A DNA stretch of 64,000 bases from Candidatus Omnitrophota bacterium (GTDB lineage Bacteria; Omnitrophota; Gorgyraeia; Zapsychrales; Zapsychraceae): the NCBI GenBank assembly GCA_016212005.1, contig JACRHP010000009.1, positions 6,560 to 70,559 on the forward strand, in the 5' to 3' direction. The number at the start of each line of letters is the position of its first letter. Positions within the stretch are counted from its first letter, which is position 1. Under the pieces are notes generated by a model. That model saw only the letters and a list, made by a program, of their open reading frames with translations. It was not told the origin of the DNA and did not search any database. The position numbers and the translations under genes are program-made. Shown here piece by piece: positions 37,957 to 48,125 of this stretch.

Positions 37957-39000
37957 GTGGCCGGTGATATGACACGGTTGACCCAGCTTATCTCCAGATT
38001 CCATCAGAAAAGAGTGATGGTCATCGGGGATATCATCCTCGATCAATATATTTTGGGAAGCGCCTCCAGGCTTTCCCCGGAAGCCCCGGTGCCGGTCGTG
38101 GTCCAGGAAAAAACCTTCTATACGCCCGGGGGAGCCGCTAATGTCGCCCAAAATTTATGGGGTCTGAACGCTCAAACCGTCCTGGTCGGGCGTATCGGAG
38201 ATGACCAGGAAGGCCACATCCTGCGCCGTGAGCTCCACGAAAAAGGGATCGATACCAAAGGGATTTTCGTGGGCCGCGGCCTGCCGACAATTTGTAAAAC
38301 AAGAATTATCGCCCATCACCAGCAAGTGGTGCGTATCGACCGGGAGAAGGTCAATGGAGATGAGAACCGGGACCTTTTGGAAAAAATGAAAAATTTTATC
38401 CGCCGCGCGATGGATGACTGCGATGGGGTCATTATCTCGGATTACGGGAAAGGGCTGATCACCCCGTTTATGGTTAACTTTGTGCGTGACCTGGCGCTGG
38501 ATAAAAAGAAGGTCATTACCGTCGACCCCAAGGTCGAGCATTTCAGCTATTACCGCGACGTGACCGCGATCACCCCGAACTTAAAAGAGACTGAAAACGC
38601 CATCCATAATATTAAAATCACCGCAGAGCTGCCGGAACAGCTGGGGATCCGCATCGGGCATTTACGTACCAGCGAGGACATCGATTTGGCCGGCAAGGAG
38701 CTGGTGAGGTATCTGGGGCTGGAATCTCTTTTGATTACCCTCGGGGAGCATGGCATGCGGCTCTTTGAGAAGAACAAGAATCCCGTAAGCATTAAAACAG
38801 AGGCCAGGGAAGTTTTTGATGTTTCCGGCGCCGGCGATACGGTCATCGCCACATTCACGCTAAGTTTAACGGCAAAAGCGAGCAAGAAAGAAGCCGCTGA
38901 TCTGGCGAACCTGGCCGCCGGCATTGTCATCGCCAAGCTTGGTGCCGTGGCCGTGACCAAACAGGAACTCCTGGAAGCCGTGCGGAGCGGGAGCCATTGA
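37957..39000 (+). CDS. rfaE1: D-glycero-beta-D-manno-heptose-7-phosphate kinase (HldE domain I)
   Basis: RLSPEAPVPV, GGAANVA, SDYGKG, DVSGAGDTV. Confidence 0.92.
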   Translation: MAGDMTRLTQLISRFHQKRVMVIGDIILDQYILGSASRLSPEAPVPVVVQEKTFYTPGGAANVAQNLWGLNAQTVLVGRIGDDQEGHILRRELHEKGIDTKGIFVGRGLPTICKTRIIAHHQQVVRIDREKVNGDENRDLLEKMKNFIRRAMDDCDGVIISDYGKGLITPFMVNFVRDLALDKKKVITVDPKVEHFSYYRDVTAITPNLKETENAIHNIKITAELPEQLGIRIGHLRTSEDIDLAGKELVRYLGLESLLITLGEHGMRLFEKNKNPVSIKTEAREVFDVSGAGDTVIATFTLSLTAKASKKEAADLANLAAGIVIAKLGAVAVTKQELLEAVRSGSH

Positions 39001-39002
39001 CC

Positions 39003-39731
39003 ATGCGGGTGATCGGGATTATTCCGGCGCGGTGGGCTTCAACAAGGTTTCCGGGCAAGGTGCTGGCGAAGATCAAAGGCAAGCCGATGATCGAGCACGT
39101 CTGGACCCGCTGCCGCTTGAGCCGTCGTTTGAATGAGGTATTGATCGCCTGCGATGACCGGCGGATTTTGCAGGCGGCCGAAGCGTTCGGCGCTCAAGCC
39201 GTCATGACCGATACCGGCCACAATTCCGGGACCGACCGCATCGCCGAGGCCGCGGCCAAGCTGAAGGCCGATATTATTATTAACATCCAGGGGGATGAGC
39301 CCTTGGTACACCCCGGCACGATCGATGACCTGGCCGCGGCATTGATCAACGATCCTTCTGTTGTGATGGCAACGGTCATCAAGGCAATCACGTTACCGGA
39401 GGAATTGGTCAACCCCAACGTCGTCAAGGTGGTCGTCGATCAGCAACAAAACGCCTTGTATTTTTCACGTTCGGTTATTCCCTTCGACCGCGATCAAAAA
39501 GGTTTTAGAAATGTCCCGTATTTTAAACATTTGGGGATTTACGGTTACCGCAAGGATTTTTTGACGCGTTTTAGCCGGATGCCCAAATCACGGCTCGAAG
39601 AGGCCGAGCGGCTGGAACAACTGCGGGCCCTGGAGGCCGGCGTCAAGATCAGGACGGTTTTAACGGACGTGGAAACGGCCGGTGTGGACACGCCGGAAGA
39701 TTTGGCTCGCGTGGAAAAACTTTTACGGTAA
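39003..39731 (+). CDS. kdsB: CMP-Kdo synthetase
   Basis: IPARWASTRFPGK, SGTDR, QGDEP, LEQLRAL. Confidence 0.95.
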   Translation: MRVIGIIPARWASTRFPGKVLAKIKGKPMIEHVWTRCRLSRRLNEVLIACDDRRILQAAEAFGAQAVMTDTGHNSGTDRIAEAAAKLKADIIINIQGDEPLVHPGTIDDLAAALINDPSVVMATVIKAITLPEELVNPNVVKVVVDQQQNALYFSRSVIPFDRDQKGFRNVPYFKHLGIYGYRKDFLTRFSRMPKSRLEEAERLEQLRALEAGVKIRTVLTDVETAGVDTPEDLARVEKLLR

Positions 39732-39738
39732 CTGAATA

Positions 39739-39889
39739 AGTTGGTTCCGACGTTTTGCCTTTGGCAAAAGTCGGAATCCCGACCTCTGCGCAGCAGAGCG
39801 TCGGGATAGAGCCCGCCTCGTCAAAATCGCAGATTTTGACGAGGCGAGGTCTCGCACCGCGTAAGGCGGTGCGGACAGCGCATTCGTAA
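39739..39889 (+). repeat. tRNA-Thr(CGT)-like fragment split by two palindromic inserts (four hairpins)
   Basis: AGTTGG | hairpins 39745-39806 | TAGAGC | hairpins 39813-39876 | AGCGCATTCGTAA. Confidence 0.75.
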
Positions 39890-40720
39890 ATGAAAAACAA
39901 AATAGTCCAGATTGGTCCGGTAACGGTCGGGGGAGGCAGGCCTTTTGTCCTCATTGCCGGGCCTTGCGTCATTGAAAGCAAGGCCTTGTCCTTGAGCGTT
40001 GCCAGGGCGCTGCGCAAGATCACCGGCGAGCTTAAAATACCGTTCATTTTCAAGGCCAGTTACGACAAGGCCAACCGGACGTCCGTTCAGTCATTCCGCG
40101 GGCTAGGTTGTTCAGCCGGGTTGAGTATCTTGGCGGAGATCAAAGCGCAACTAGGCGTCCCTGTCCTAAGCGACGTCCACAGCGTGGAAGAAATTGAAGA
40201 GGCCGCGCAAGTCCTGGACGTGATCCAGGTCCCGGCGTTCCTCTGCCGGCAGACGGATCTTCTTCTGAAAGCGGGCAAAACAGGCAAAGCGGTCAACGTC
40301 AAGAAGGGACAGTTCCTGGCCCCGTGGGACATGCGCCAGGTCGTCAAAAAAATTGAAAGCACCGGCAACCGGCGGATTTTGTTAACGGAACGCGGGACCA
40401 GCTTTGGGTACAACACCCTGGTCAGTGATTTTCGCTCGCTTAGCATCATGCGTGAAACCGGTTATCCCGTCGTATTTGATGCCACGCACAGCGTGCAACA
40501 ACCCGGAGGATTGGCGACCGCGTCGGGCGGTCAAAGTGAATACATCCCGCTTTTATCCCGCGCCGCCGTGGCTGCCGGCTGCGACGCCATTTTCCTGGAA
40601 GTCCACCCGGATCCCGTCAAGGCACTTTCCGACGGGCCGAACATGCTGGCGTTAAGCAGAGTCAAGGCTTTATTACAAGACCTGCAGGCCATTGACCGGA
40701 TCATCAAACGCAAGAGATAA
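39890..40720 (+). CDS. kdsA: Kdo-8-phosphate synthase
   Basis: [39 protein letters not shown]. Confidence 0.96.
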   Translation: MKNKIVQIGPVTVGGGRPFVLIAGPCVIESKALSLSVARALRKITGELKIPFIFKASYDKANRTSVQSFRGLGCSAGLSILAEIKAQLGVPVLSDVHSVEEIEEAAQVLDVIQVPAFLCRQTDLLLKAGKTGKAVNVKKGQFLAPWDMRQVVKKIESTGNRRILLTERGTSFGYNTLVSDFRSLSIMRETGYPVVFDATHSVQQPGGLATASGGQSEYIPLLSRAAVAAGCDAIFLEVHPDPVKALSDGPNMLALSRVKALLQDLQAIDRIIKRKR

Positions 40721-40726
40721 ACGACG

Positions 40727-41686
40727 ATGTCGATCCAAAAGGCAAAAGAAGTCATTGAGACAGAGGCCAGGGCCGTCCGGAACCTTTCCGGCCGGATCAA
40801 CCGTGATTTTTTAAAGGCCGTTGACCTGATCGCCAAATGCAAGGGCCGTGTGATCGTCGCCGGCATGGGGAAAACGGGAATCATCGGCCGCAAGATCGCC
40901 GCGACACTTTCCTCGACGGGGACACCGAGTTTGTGGATGCACAGCGCTGAAGCGATCCACGGCGACCTGGGGCAGGTCACCCGCCAGGACGTGGTCATCA
41001 TCATCTCCAATAGCGGTGAGACAGAAGAAACCAAGGGACTTTTGCCGCTTGTCAAAAAAATCGGTTCAAAGACGATCGCCATGACGGGTAATCTGCATTC
41101 CACGCTGGCCAAACACGCGGACGTCGTCCTCGATGTCTCCGTGGAAAAAGAAGGCTGTCCGCTGGGACTCGCCCCGATGGCGTCCACAACGGCGACGCTG
41201 GTCATGGGGGATGCCCTGGCCGCGTGTCTTATCGTCCGCAAAGAATTTAAAAAAGAGGATTTCGCCTTTTATCATCCTGGCGGGGCGCTCGGGCGGCGGC
41301 TTCTATTAAAAGTGGAGGATATCATGCGCAAAGGCGTGCATCTTCCCAAAGTCCAGGAACGGATGAAGGTCAAGGACGTGCTCCTGGCTATCACTCATGC
41401 CCGGTGCGGTTCCGCCTGCGTTGTGAACAAACACGGGAAATTCGTCGGCATATTTACCGACGGTGATCTGCGCCGCCAGATCGAACTCCACAGCGATGTC
41501 CTTGAGCGGCGCGTTTCTGAAGTCATGACGCGTAAACCGATCACAATTTTGAAAGACAAGCTGGCCGCGGAAGCATTCAATATCCTCAAGGAACGGAAAA
41601 TCGACGAATTGCCCGTTCTGGACGGCCGGCGCCGGCTCGTCGGGCTTCTGGATGTGCAGGATCTATTGAAAGCCGGGTTACTATGA
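40727..41686 (+). CDS. kdsD: Arabinose-5-phosphate isomerase (KpsF/GutQ; SIS + CBS)
   Basis: GMGKTG, HGDLG, SNSGET, HPGGALG, FTDGDLRR. Confidence 0.93.
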   Translation: MSIQKAKEVIETEARAVRNLSGRINRDFLKAVDLIAKCKGRVIVAGMGKTGIIGRKIAATLSSTGTPSLWMHSAEAIHGDLGQVTRQDVVIIISNSGETEETKGLLPLVKKIGSKTIAMTGNLHSTLAKHADVVLDVSVEKEGCPLGLAPMASTTATLVMGDALAACLIVRKEFKKEDFAFYHPGGALGRRLLLKVEDIMRKGVHLPKVQERMKVKDVLLAITHARCGSACVVNKHGKFVGIFTDGDLRRQIELHSDVLERRVSEVMTRKPITILKDKLAAEAFNILKERKIDELPVLDGRRRLVGLLDVQDLLKAGLL

Positions 41687-42219
41687 AAAGCTCTCTGCGC
41701 GGTAAAATCAAAAAGATCAAACTGCTGGTCATGGACGTCGACGGCGTCCTGACGGACGGCAGGATCGTGATTGACGCCGAAGGAAAAGAACTGAAATTTT
41801 TCGACGTGCAGGACGGCTTCGGACTTGTGCTTTTGCGCCAGGCCGGGATCAGGACCGCGGTCCTGTCGGCCCGCTCCGCTCCGGCGGTCATGGCGCGCGT
41901 GACGGATCTGAAGATCGACAAAATTTGCCAGGACGCGTATCCTAAATCAAGCGCTTATGAAGGGTTGCTCAACGAATGGGGGCTTAAAGACGAAGAGGTT
42001 TGTTTTATGGGTGACGACCTGCCGGACCTGCCCGTTTTAAACGAAGTGGGTCTTGCCGTTGCTGTTTCCAACGCTGTCGCAGAGGTCAAGAAAACGGCGG
42101 ATTACGTCACTGAAAAACGCGGCGGTCATGGGGCGGTACGCGAAGTCGTTGAAATGATCTTGAAGGTCCAGGGAAAATGGCCTCAAATCGTCGCCGACAT
42201 GGCGGATTCAAAGGTATGA
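41683..42219 (+). CDS. kdsC: Kdo-8-phosphate phosphatase
   Basis: DVDGVLTDG, GDDLPD, GGHGAVRE. Confidence 0.93.
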   Translation: MKSSLRGKIKKIKLLVMDVDGVLTDGRIVIDAEGKELKFFDVQDGFGLVLLRQAGIRTAVLSARSAPAVMARVTDLKIDKICQDAYPKSSAYEGLLNEWGLKDEEVCFMGDDLPDLPVLNEVGLAVAVSNAVAEVKKTADYVTEKRGGHGAVREVVEMILKVQGKWPQIVADMADSKV

Positions 42220-43043
42220 AAAAAATACTGGTTTTTTTAATCGGGTTGGGACCCTGGATATCCGCGGGGCCTGTTCTGGCGCAGGACGCCGCCGGCCAGC
42301 AGTTCCAGGGGTTTAATCTCCAGGGGTATTCGGAAAGCGGAGAAAAGGCCTGGGCCGTCAACGGCAGCAAGGCGGATATCCTGGGCGACAAGATCAAGAT
42401 CTCCGACGTCGCCGCTGAATCCTACGGGGAGGAAAAAATGAATTTGACGGCCGAGAGCGGGACGATCAACCAGGCGGACGGGAACATCCATCTTGAAAAA
42501 GATGTCATTATAACCAGCCAGCGCGGCACGCAGATGACAACGGATTCCCTGGACTGGAACCGTACCGCGGACCTGGTCAAAACGAAAGACCCCGTTGTCA
42601 TCACCGACAAGGATATGACGCTCACCGGCAAAGGCATGGAGGCAAAGCCGGGTTTGAAAACAGCGCAGATCGAGAAAAACGTGACCGCGACCATGGACAC
42701 AGACCCGGAGCCGGAAGTAAAAAAGACAATCACGATCACCTCCGACGGGCCGATGACGATGGATCAAAGCAAGTCTTACGCCGTTTTTGAGGATAATGTC
42801 GTGGCGGTCCAGGAGGACCAGACACTCAAGGCCGACCGGATGGAAATTTATTTTAACCAAGAACAAAAACAGATCAAGGAACTGGTCTGCAGCGGCCACG
42901 TCGTGATCATCCGGGGGGCCAACCAGTCGTTCGCCGACAAGGCGGTTTACACCGGCGCTGACCAAAAACTCACGCTTTCCGGCCGGCCGAAACTGATCCT
43001 GGTCACCGAGGGGAACAATGCCTTTACATCTATTGGAAACTAA
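42216..43043 (+). CDS. LPS export protein, apparent LptC-LptA fusion
   Basis: Signal peptide plus two beta-jellyroll-like halves (TTDSLDW; DNVVAVQ..TLKADRM..LTLSGRP); between kdsC and lptB. Confidence 0.75.
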   Translation: MKKILVFLIGLGPWISAGPVLAQDAAGQQFQGFNLQGYSESGEKAWAVNGSKADILGDKIKISDVAAESYGEEKMNLTAESGTINQADGNIHLEKDVIITSQRGTQMTTDSLDWNRTADLVKTKDPVVITDKDMTLTGKGMEAKPGLKTAQIEKNVTATMDTDPEPEVKKTITITSDGPMTMDQSKSYAVFEDNVVAVQEDQTLKADRMEIYFNQEQKQIKELVCSGHVVIIRGANQSFADKAVYTGADQKLTLSGRPKLILVTEGNNAFTSIGN

Positions 43044-43746
43044 AAACCTGGTCAAAAAATACGGCCAGCGGCGGGTCGTCGATGGGCTTAGTATTTCCGT
43101 GGGGCGCTCCGAGATCGTCGGGCTCCTGGGGCCCAACGGCGCGGGCAAAACAACGACGTTCTATATGGCCGTCGGGATCGTTAAACCCAATGAAGGCGAG
43201 ATTTATTTTGACAATGACAATATTACCAATAAACCCATCCATGAACGTTGCCGGCTGGGGATGGGTTATCTCGCCCAGGAGGCGTCGGTCTTCCGCAAAT
43301 TGAGCGTTGAGCAGAATATCATGGCCATCCTGGAAACGTTGCCGATCAGTCCACGGGAGCGCAAAAAGCGATTGGAGTCGCTGCTGGAAGAATTGAATAT
43401 ATCCCATCTGGCCAGGAACAAGGCGTACACGCTCTCCGGCGGGGAACGCCGCCGGCTGGAGATCACCCGTGCCCTGGTGACCAACCCGTCATTCCTTCTG
43501 CTGGATGAGCCGTTTTCCGGCATCGACCCGATCGTCGTAGCCGAAGCGCAGGAGATCATCAAGGACCTCAAAGGGCGGGGGTTGGGGATCCTTTTGACCG
43601 ACCATAACGTCCGCGAAACCCTGGCGATCACCGACAGGGCGTATTTAATTGCCGACGGAAAAATTTTGATTTCCGGCACGGCCCAGGATCTGATCAACGA
43701 CCCTGAAGCCAAGAAAATTTACCTTGGCGAGAAGTTCAGGATGTAA
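43018..43746 (+). CDS. lptB: LPS export ABC transporter ATPase
   Basis: GPNGAGKTTTFY, YLAQE, LSGGERRRLEI, LLDEPF, TDHNVRETL. Confidence 0.96.
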   Translation: MPLHLLETKNLVKKYGQRRVVDGLSISVGRSEIVGLLGPNGAGKTTTFYMAVGIVKPNEGEIYFDNDNITNKPIHERCRLGMGYLAQEASVFRKLSVEQNIMAILETLPISPRERKKRLESLLEELNISHLARNKAYTLSGGERRRLEITRALVTNPSFLLLDEPFSGIDPIVVAEAQEIIKDLKGRGLGILLTDHNVRETLAITDRAYLIADGKILISGTAQDLINDPEAKKIYLGEKFRM

Positions 43747-43789
43747 AAAACAAGCAGGCTGAAAATATAACAAGGAGGTTTGTGATTTT

Positions 43790-44683
43790 ATGAAAATTGC
43801 CGTTAAAAAACTCGACGCCATCCGGAGGGAATTAAAGTTTGAAGTCCCGCGGGACCGCGTCTTGAGAAAATTCGACAAGGTTTATGACGAGCTCGGGAAA
43901 GTGGCCAAGGTTAAAGGGTTCCGCCAGGGGAAAGTGCCCCGCCACATCCTGGAGTCCCAGCACGCGAGGCTGGCGCAGGAAGAGGTGTTAAAAGAATTGA
44001 TTCCGGAGGTCTACGACGAAGGGATCCAGAAGGAGAACATCCAGCCGGCCGATCTGCCGGAAATCCTCGACGTCAACTTTAAAGAAGGTGTCGTCACTTT
44101 TACCGCCAAGCTGGATATCAAGCCCGAGGTGAAGGTCAGCGAATACAAAAAGATCAAGATCGCGCGCAAAAGCTCCGCCGTGACCGAAGAGGAAATTAAT
44201 AAAACCCTTGAAGTTTTCAAAAAAAACCAGCCCGAGGGCAAAGAGATTACCATCGACGACGCCTTCGCCCACGGGTTAGGGTTCCCCAGCCTGGAGGAGT
44301 TCAGGAAAACGCTGGTCCGTCAGATGGAGCTGGACAAAGACCGCCATAACCGCATCGACATCGAAAACCAGGTGGTGGAACATTTGCTGAAAAAAGCGAA
44401 GCTGGCGACGCCGCCATCTTTGGTCAAGCGGCAGTTTGAGCGCCGGCTGGAGGAGATCCGGCGCCGGCTGGCCGCGCAGAAATTTCCTGCCGCGGATATC
44501 CAGAAAAAGGAAGAAGAGATCCGCAAGGAGTTGGAGGAGGCGGTGGAGCGGGACGTCAGGATTTATCTGGTCCTGGAAAAAATCGCCGAATTGGAAAATA
44601 TTTCCGTTGATAAAAATGATAACCTGGCGGCAAAAGTCATGGAATTTTTGCTTAAGGAAGCCGAATGGTCAAATGAAGCCTAG
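43790..44683 (+). CDS. tig: Trigger factor, short form apparently lacking the PPIase domain
   Basis: GFRQGKVP ribosome-binding motif; 297 aa; upstream of clpP. Confidence 0.85.
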   Translation: MKIAVKKLDAIRRELKFEVPRDRVLRKFDKVYDELGKVAKVKGFRQGKVPRHILESQHARLAQEEVLKELIPEVYDEGIQKENIQPADLPEILDVNFKEGVVTFTAKLDIKPEVKVSEYKKIKIARKSSAVTEEEINKTLEVFKKNQPEGKEITIDDAFAHGLGFPSLEEFRKTLVRQMELDKDRHNRIDIENQVVEHLLKKAKLATPPSLVKRQFERRLEEIRRRLAAQKFPAADIQKKEEEIRKELEEAVERDVRIYLVLEKIAELENISVDKNDNLAAKVMEFLLKEAEWSNEA

Positions 44684-44720
44684 ACTTATGGAACGAAGTG
44701 AACAAAGGAGGCCAAATAAT

Positions 44721-45335
44721 ATGGACGCAAAATCACAAGTGCTGGTGCCAATCGTCGTGGAAAAAAGTTCAAACGGGGAACGCGCCTATGACATCTATTC
44801 GCGGCTGCTCAAGGACCGCATTATTTTCATCGGCACGGCCATCGATGACACGGTGGCCAACCTGATCATCGCCCAGCTGCTTTTTCTGCAAAGCGAAGAC
44901 GCCACCAAGGATATCAACATCTATATTAATTCCCCGGGTGGATCGGTCACCGCGGGGCTGGCCATTTACGACACCATGCAATTCGTCAAGCCCGACGTGT
45001 GCACTTACTGTATAGGACAAGCGGCGAGCATGGGATCGCTTCTTTTGACCGCCGGCACCAAAGGCAAACGTTTCGCCCTGCCCTATTCACGCATCATGAT
45101 CCACCAGCCGTGGGGCGGCACTCAAGGGACAGCCAGCGACATTTCGATCCAGGCTAAGGAAATCCTGCGGATGAAAGAGGAACTGAACAAATTGCTCGCG
45201 CACCACAGCGGCCAGCCCATCGACCGGATCCTGAAAGATTCCGACCGTGATTATTATATGAGTGCCGAAGAGGCCAAGGATTACGGTTTGGTCGACGAAG
45301 TCATTGTCAGCGCCAAAAAACACAAAAAGAATTAA
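44721..45335 (+). CDS. clpP: ATP-dependent Clp protease proteolytic subunit
   Basis: [24 protein letters not shown]; GGAGG RBS before ATG 44721. Confidence 0.96.
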   Translation: MDAKSQVLVPIVVEKSSNGERAYDIYSRLLKDRIIFIGTAIDDTVANLIIAQLLFLQSEDATKDINIYINSPGGSVTAGLAIYDTMQFVKPDVCTYCIGQAASMGSLLLTAGTKGKRFALPYSRIMIHQPWGGTQGTASDISIQAKEILRMKEELNKLLAHHSGQPIDRILKDSDRDYYMSAEEAKDYGLVDEVIVSAKKHKKN

Positions 45336-45367
45336 TCCCGAACGAATACGACAGAAAGGTTATTGCC

Positions 45368-46507
45368 ATGAAACGGAATCTGCTTCTTACCCCCGGGCCT
45401 ACCCAGATCCCGCCGGAGATCTGCGCCGCGCTGGGGAAACCGATCATCCACCACCGCACGCCGCAGTTCCAGGAAAATCTGAAAGAAGCCATCGAAGGCC
45501 TGAAATATGTTTTCCAGACAAAAAATGACATTTATATCCTGACCTCATCAGGCACCGGCGGGATGGAAGCCGCGGTCAGCAACCTCCTTTCGCCGGGCGA
45601 TAAGGCCATTACGGTCGAAGGCGGCAAGTTCGGCGAACGCTGGACGGAAATTTGCCAGAGCTACGGCGTTGTGACCAAAGTCATCCAGGTCCCCTGGGGC
45701 AAGGCCGTGCAGGCTTCAGAGATCAAAAAAACCTTGGACGCGGATAAAAATATCAAAGCCGTTTTTATCACGCTGGCGGAAACCTCCACCGGGATCACGA
45801 CGGATGTGGAGGCTGTTGCCAAAGTGGTCAACCATACCGGCGCTGTTCTGGTGGTGGACGCGGTCAGCGGCCTGGGCGTGGTCGATCTTAAAACCGACGC
45901 GTGGGGAGTGGACGTTGTCGTATCCGCTTCTCACAAGGGGTTGATGCTCCCGCCGGGACTGGCGTTTGTCTCCGCCAGTGAAAAAGCGTTAAAGCTCATT
46001 GAAACGTCAAAGAGCCCGCGGTACTATTTCGATCTGCGCAAGTCCCGGGAAGCGCTCGCCGACGTCGATACGCCGTTTACGCCGGCGATAGGGATCGTCA
46101 TCGCGCTCAATGAAAGCCTGCGGCGCGTCAAACAGGAAGGTCTGGAAAATTTGTTCGCGTATTACGCCAAACTGGCCCAAGGGACCCGCGAGGCGGCCAA
46201 GGCGTTGGGGTTGTCGCTTTTCCCCGATGAATCGTGCATTTCCAATGTCCTGACGGCGATCAGCCTTCCGGCGGCGATCGATGGAGGAAAAGTTATGAAA
46301 ATTATGCGCGATACGCACGGGATCTCCGTCGCCGGCGGTCAGGATACCTTGAAAGGAAAGATCATCCGCATCGCGCACATGGGATGCGTGGATGAATATG
46401 ACATCCTGACGGGCATTTCCTGTCTGGAAAAAGTCCTCCTGAAACTCGGGCACAAGTTTACCCTCGGCGCGGGGGTGGCCGCGGCGCAAAAAGTTTTCAA
46501 CTCATAA
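45368..46507 (+). CDS. Class V PLP aminotransferase (serine-pyruvate/alanine-glyoxylate type; may serve the SerC step)
   Basis: TPGPT, SGTGGME, VDAVS, SHKGLMLPPG; adjacent to serA. Confidence 0.88.
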   Translation: MKRNLLLTPGPTQIPPEICAALGKPIIHHRTPQFQENLKEAIEGLKYVFQTKNDIYILTSSGTGGMEAAVSNLLSPGDKAITVEGGKFGERWTEICQSYGVVTKVIQVPWGKAVQASEIKKTLDADKNIKAVFITLAETSTGITTDVEAVAKVVNHTGAVLVVDAVSGLGVVDLKTDAWGVDVVVSASHKGLMLPPGLAFVSASEKALKLIETSKSPRYYFDLRKSREALADVDTPFTPAIGIVIALNESLRRVKQEGLENLFAYYAKLAQGTREAAKALGLSLFPDESCISNVLTAISLPAAIDGGKVMKIMRDTHGISVAGGQDTLKGKIIRIAHMGCVDEYDILTGISCLEKVLLKLGHKFTLGAGVAAAQKVFNS

Positions 46508-46534
46508 GAGGATCAACATAGAGGAGTGGTAGTC

Positions 46535-48118
46535 ATGAAGATATTGATCAGCGATCAACTGGCCGACGAGGGATTGGCCATCTTAAAGGCCGTTAAGGAA
46601 TTCACGGTCGACTACAAATACGATTTGACGCCGGAACAGCTCAAGGCGATCATCAAGGACTACGACGCTTTGATCGTGCGCAGCAGCACCAAAGTGACGG
46701 CTGACATCATCGCGGCCGCCAACCGGCTGAAATTTATCGGGCGCGCCGGCGTGGGGCTCGATAACGTGGACCTCAAAGCGGCCACCCAGAAGGGCATTGT
46801 GGCCATGAACACCCCGGCGGGCAACACGACGTCCACCGCCGAACACACGATGAGCATGATCCTCGCCCTTTCGCGGAATATCCCGCAGGCCTGCGCTTCC
46901 GTTAAAGCCGGGAAATGGGAGCGTTCCAAGTTCGGCGGCGTTGAATTGCACGGCAAGACCCTCGGTGTCGTCGGGTTCGGCCGCATCGGCTCGACCGTTT
47001 CCAGATACGCCAAGGCCTTCGGTATGTCGGTCATCGTTTTTGACCCCTATATTTCCCTGGAAGTCGCCGCGAACCTGGGAGTAAAAATGGTCGATTTAAA
47101 AACGCTTTTAAAGGACGCCGATTATATTACCGTCCATATCCCCAAAAGCGCCGAGACAAAAAATCTTATCGGGGAAAATGAGTTTAAGCTGATGAAAAAG
47201 ACGGTCCGTCTCATTAATTGCGCCCGCGGCGGGATCGTCGATGAAGCGGCGCTCGCCAAAGCGCTGCAGGAAAAACGGATCGCCGGTTGCGCCCTGGACG
47301 TCTTTGACCAGGAACCGCTCCAGGCGGATTCGCCGCTTTTGAAACTCGACAACTGCATTATGACGCCGCATCTGGGGGCTTCCACGTCGGAGGCCCAGAT
47401 CAACGTGGCCATTGAGATCGCCGAGAGCATCCGCAACGCCCTTTTAGGCAAAGGCATTATCAACGCGGCCAATTTCCCGACAGTGGACGCGGAAGCCTAC
47501 AAAAGTCTGGAGCCGTACATCAACCTCGGCTACCGGATGGGCAAATTTGCCGGACAGCTTATTAACGGGCGCATCAGCGCCGTCAAGATCACTTACGGCG
47601 GCGTTATCGGCAAATATAAGGTGGCCCCGGTCACGTTATCGCTGGTGAACGGTTTACTGACGCCGATCCTGGGTGAGACGGTCAACTTTATCAACGCCCT
47701 GGATGTTGCCAAAGAGCGGGCCATCGATGTCCAGGAAGTCATCTCGAGCAAGGAAGAAGAGTTTGTCAACGCCATCCGTGTTGAGGCCAAGACCGATAAG
47801 GACCCGTTTGTTATCCTGGGGACGCTTTCAGCCAACCAGCAGCCCCGGATCGTCAAGATCAATAACGTTTATATGGAGGCTATCCCGGACGGATATATCC
47901 TGTTTATCCAGAACAACGATAAACCCGGACTGGTCGGGGCGATCGGGACACTTTTGGCGGAAGCCAAAATCAATATCGCCGGCATTACCCTGGGACGGGA
48001 GGCGCCGGGAGGGTTGGCCATCAGCGCCGTCAACGTCGATAGCGATGTCCCCGAGAAAACGATCGAACGTTTGCGCGGTACCAAGGACGTCCTGTACGTA
48101 AAATTGCTCAAGGTGTAG
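46535..48118 (+). CDS. serA: D-3-phosphoglycerate dehydrogenase
   Basis: RAGVGLDNVD, GFGRIG, NCARGG, TPHLGAST, C-terminal ACT domain. Confidence 0.95.
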   Translation: MKILISDQLADEGLAILKAVKEFTVDYKYDLTPEQLKAIIKDYDALIVRSSTKVTADIIAAANRLKFIGRAGVGLDNVDLKAATQKGIVAMNTPAGNTTSTAEHTMSMILALSRNIPQACASVKAGKWERSKFGGVELHGKTLGVVGFGRIGSTVSRYAKAFGMSVIVFDPYISLEVAANLGVKMVDLKTLLKDADYITVHIPKSAETKNLIGENEFKLMKKTVRLINCARGGIVDEAALAKALQEKRIAGCALDVFDQEPLQADSPLLKLDNCIMTPHLGASTSEAQINVAIEIAESIRNALLGKGIINAANFPTVDAEAYKSLEPYINLGYRMGKFAGQLINGRISAVKITYGGVIGKYKVAPVTLSLVNGLLTPILGETVNFINALDVAKERAIDVQEVISSKEEEFVNAIRVEAKTDKDPFVILGTLSANQQPRIVKINNVYMEAIPDGYILFIQNNDKPGLVGAIGTLLAEAKINIAGITLGREAPGGLAISAVNVDSDVPEKTIERLRGTKDVLYVKLLKV

Positions 48119-48125
48119 AAGCCGC

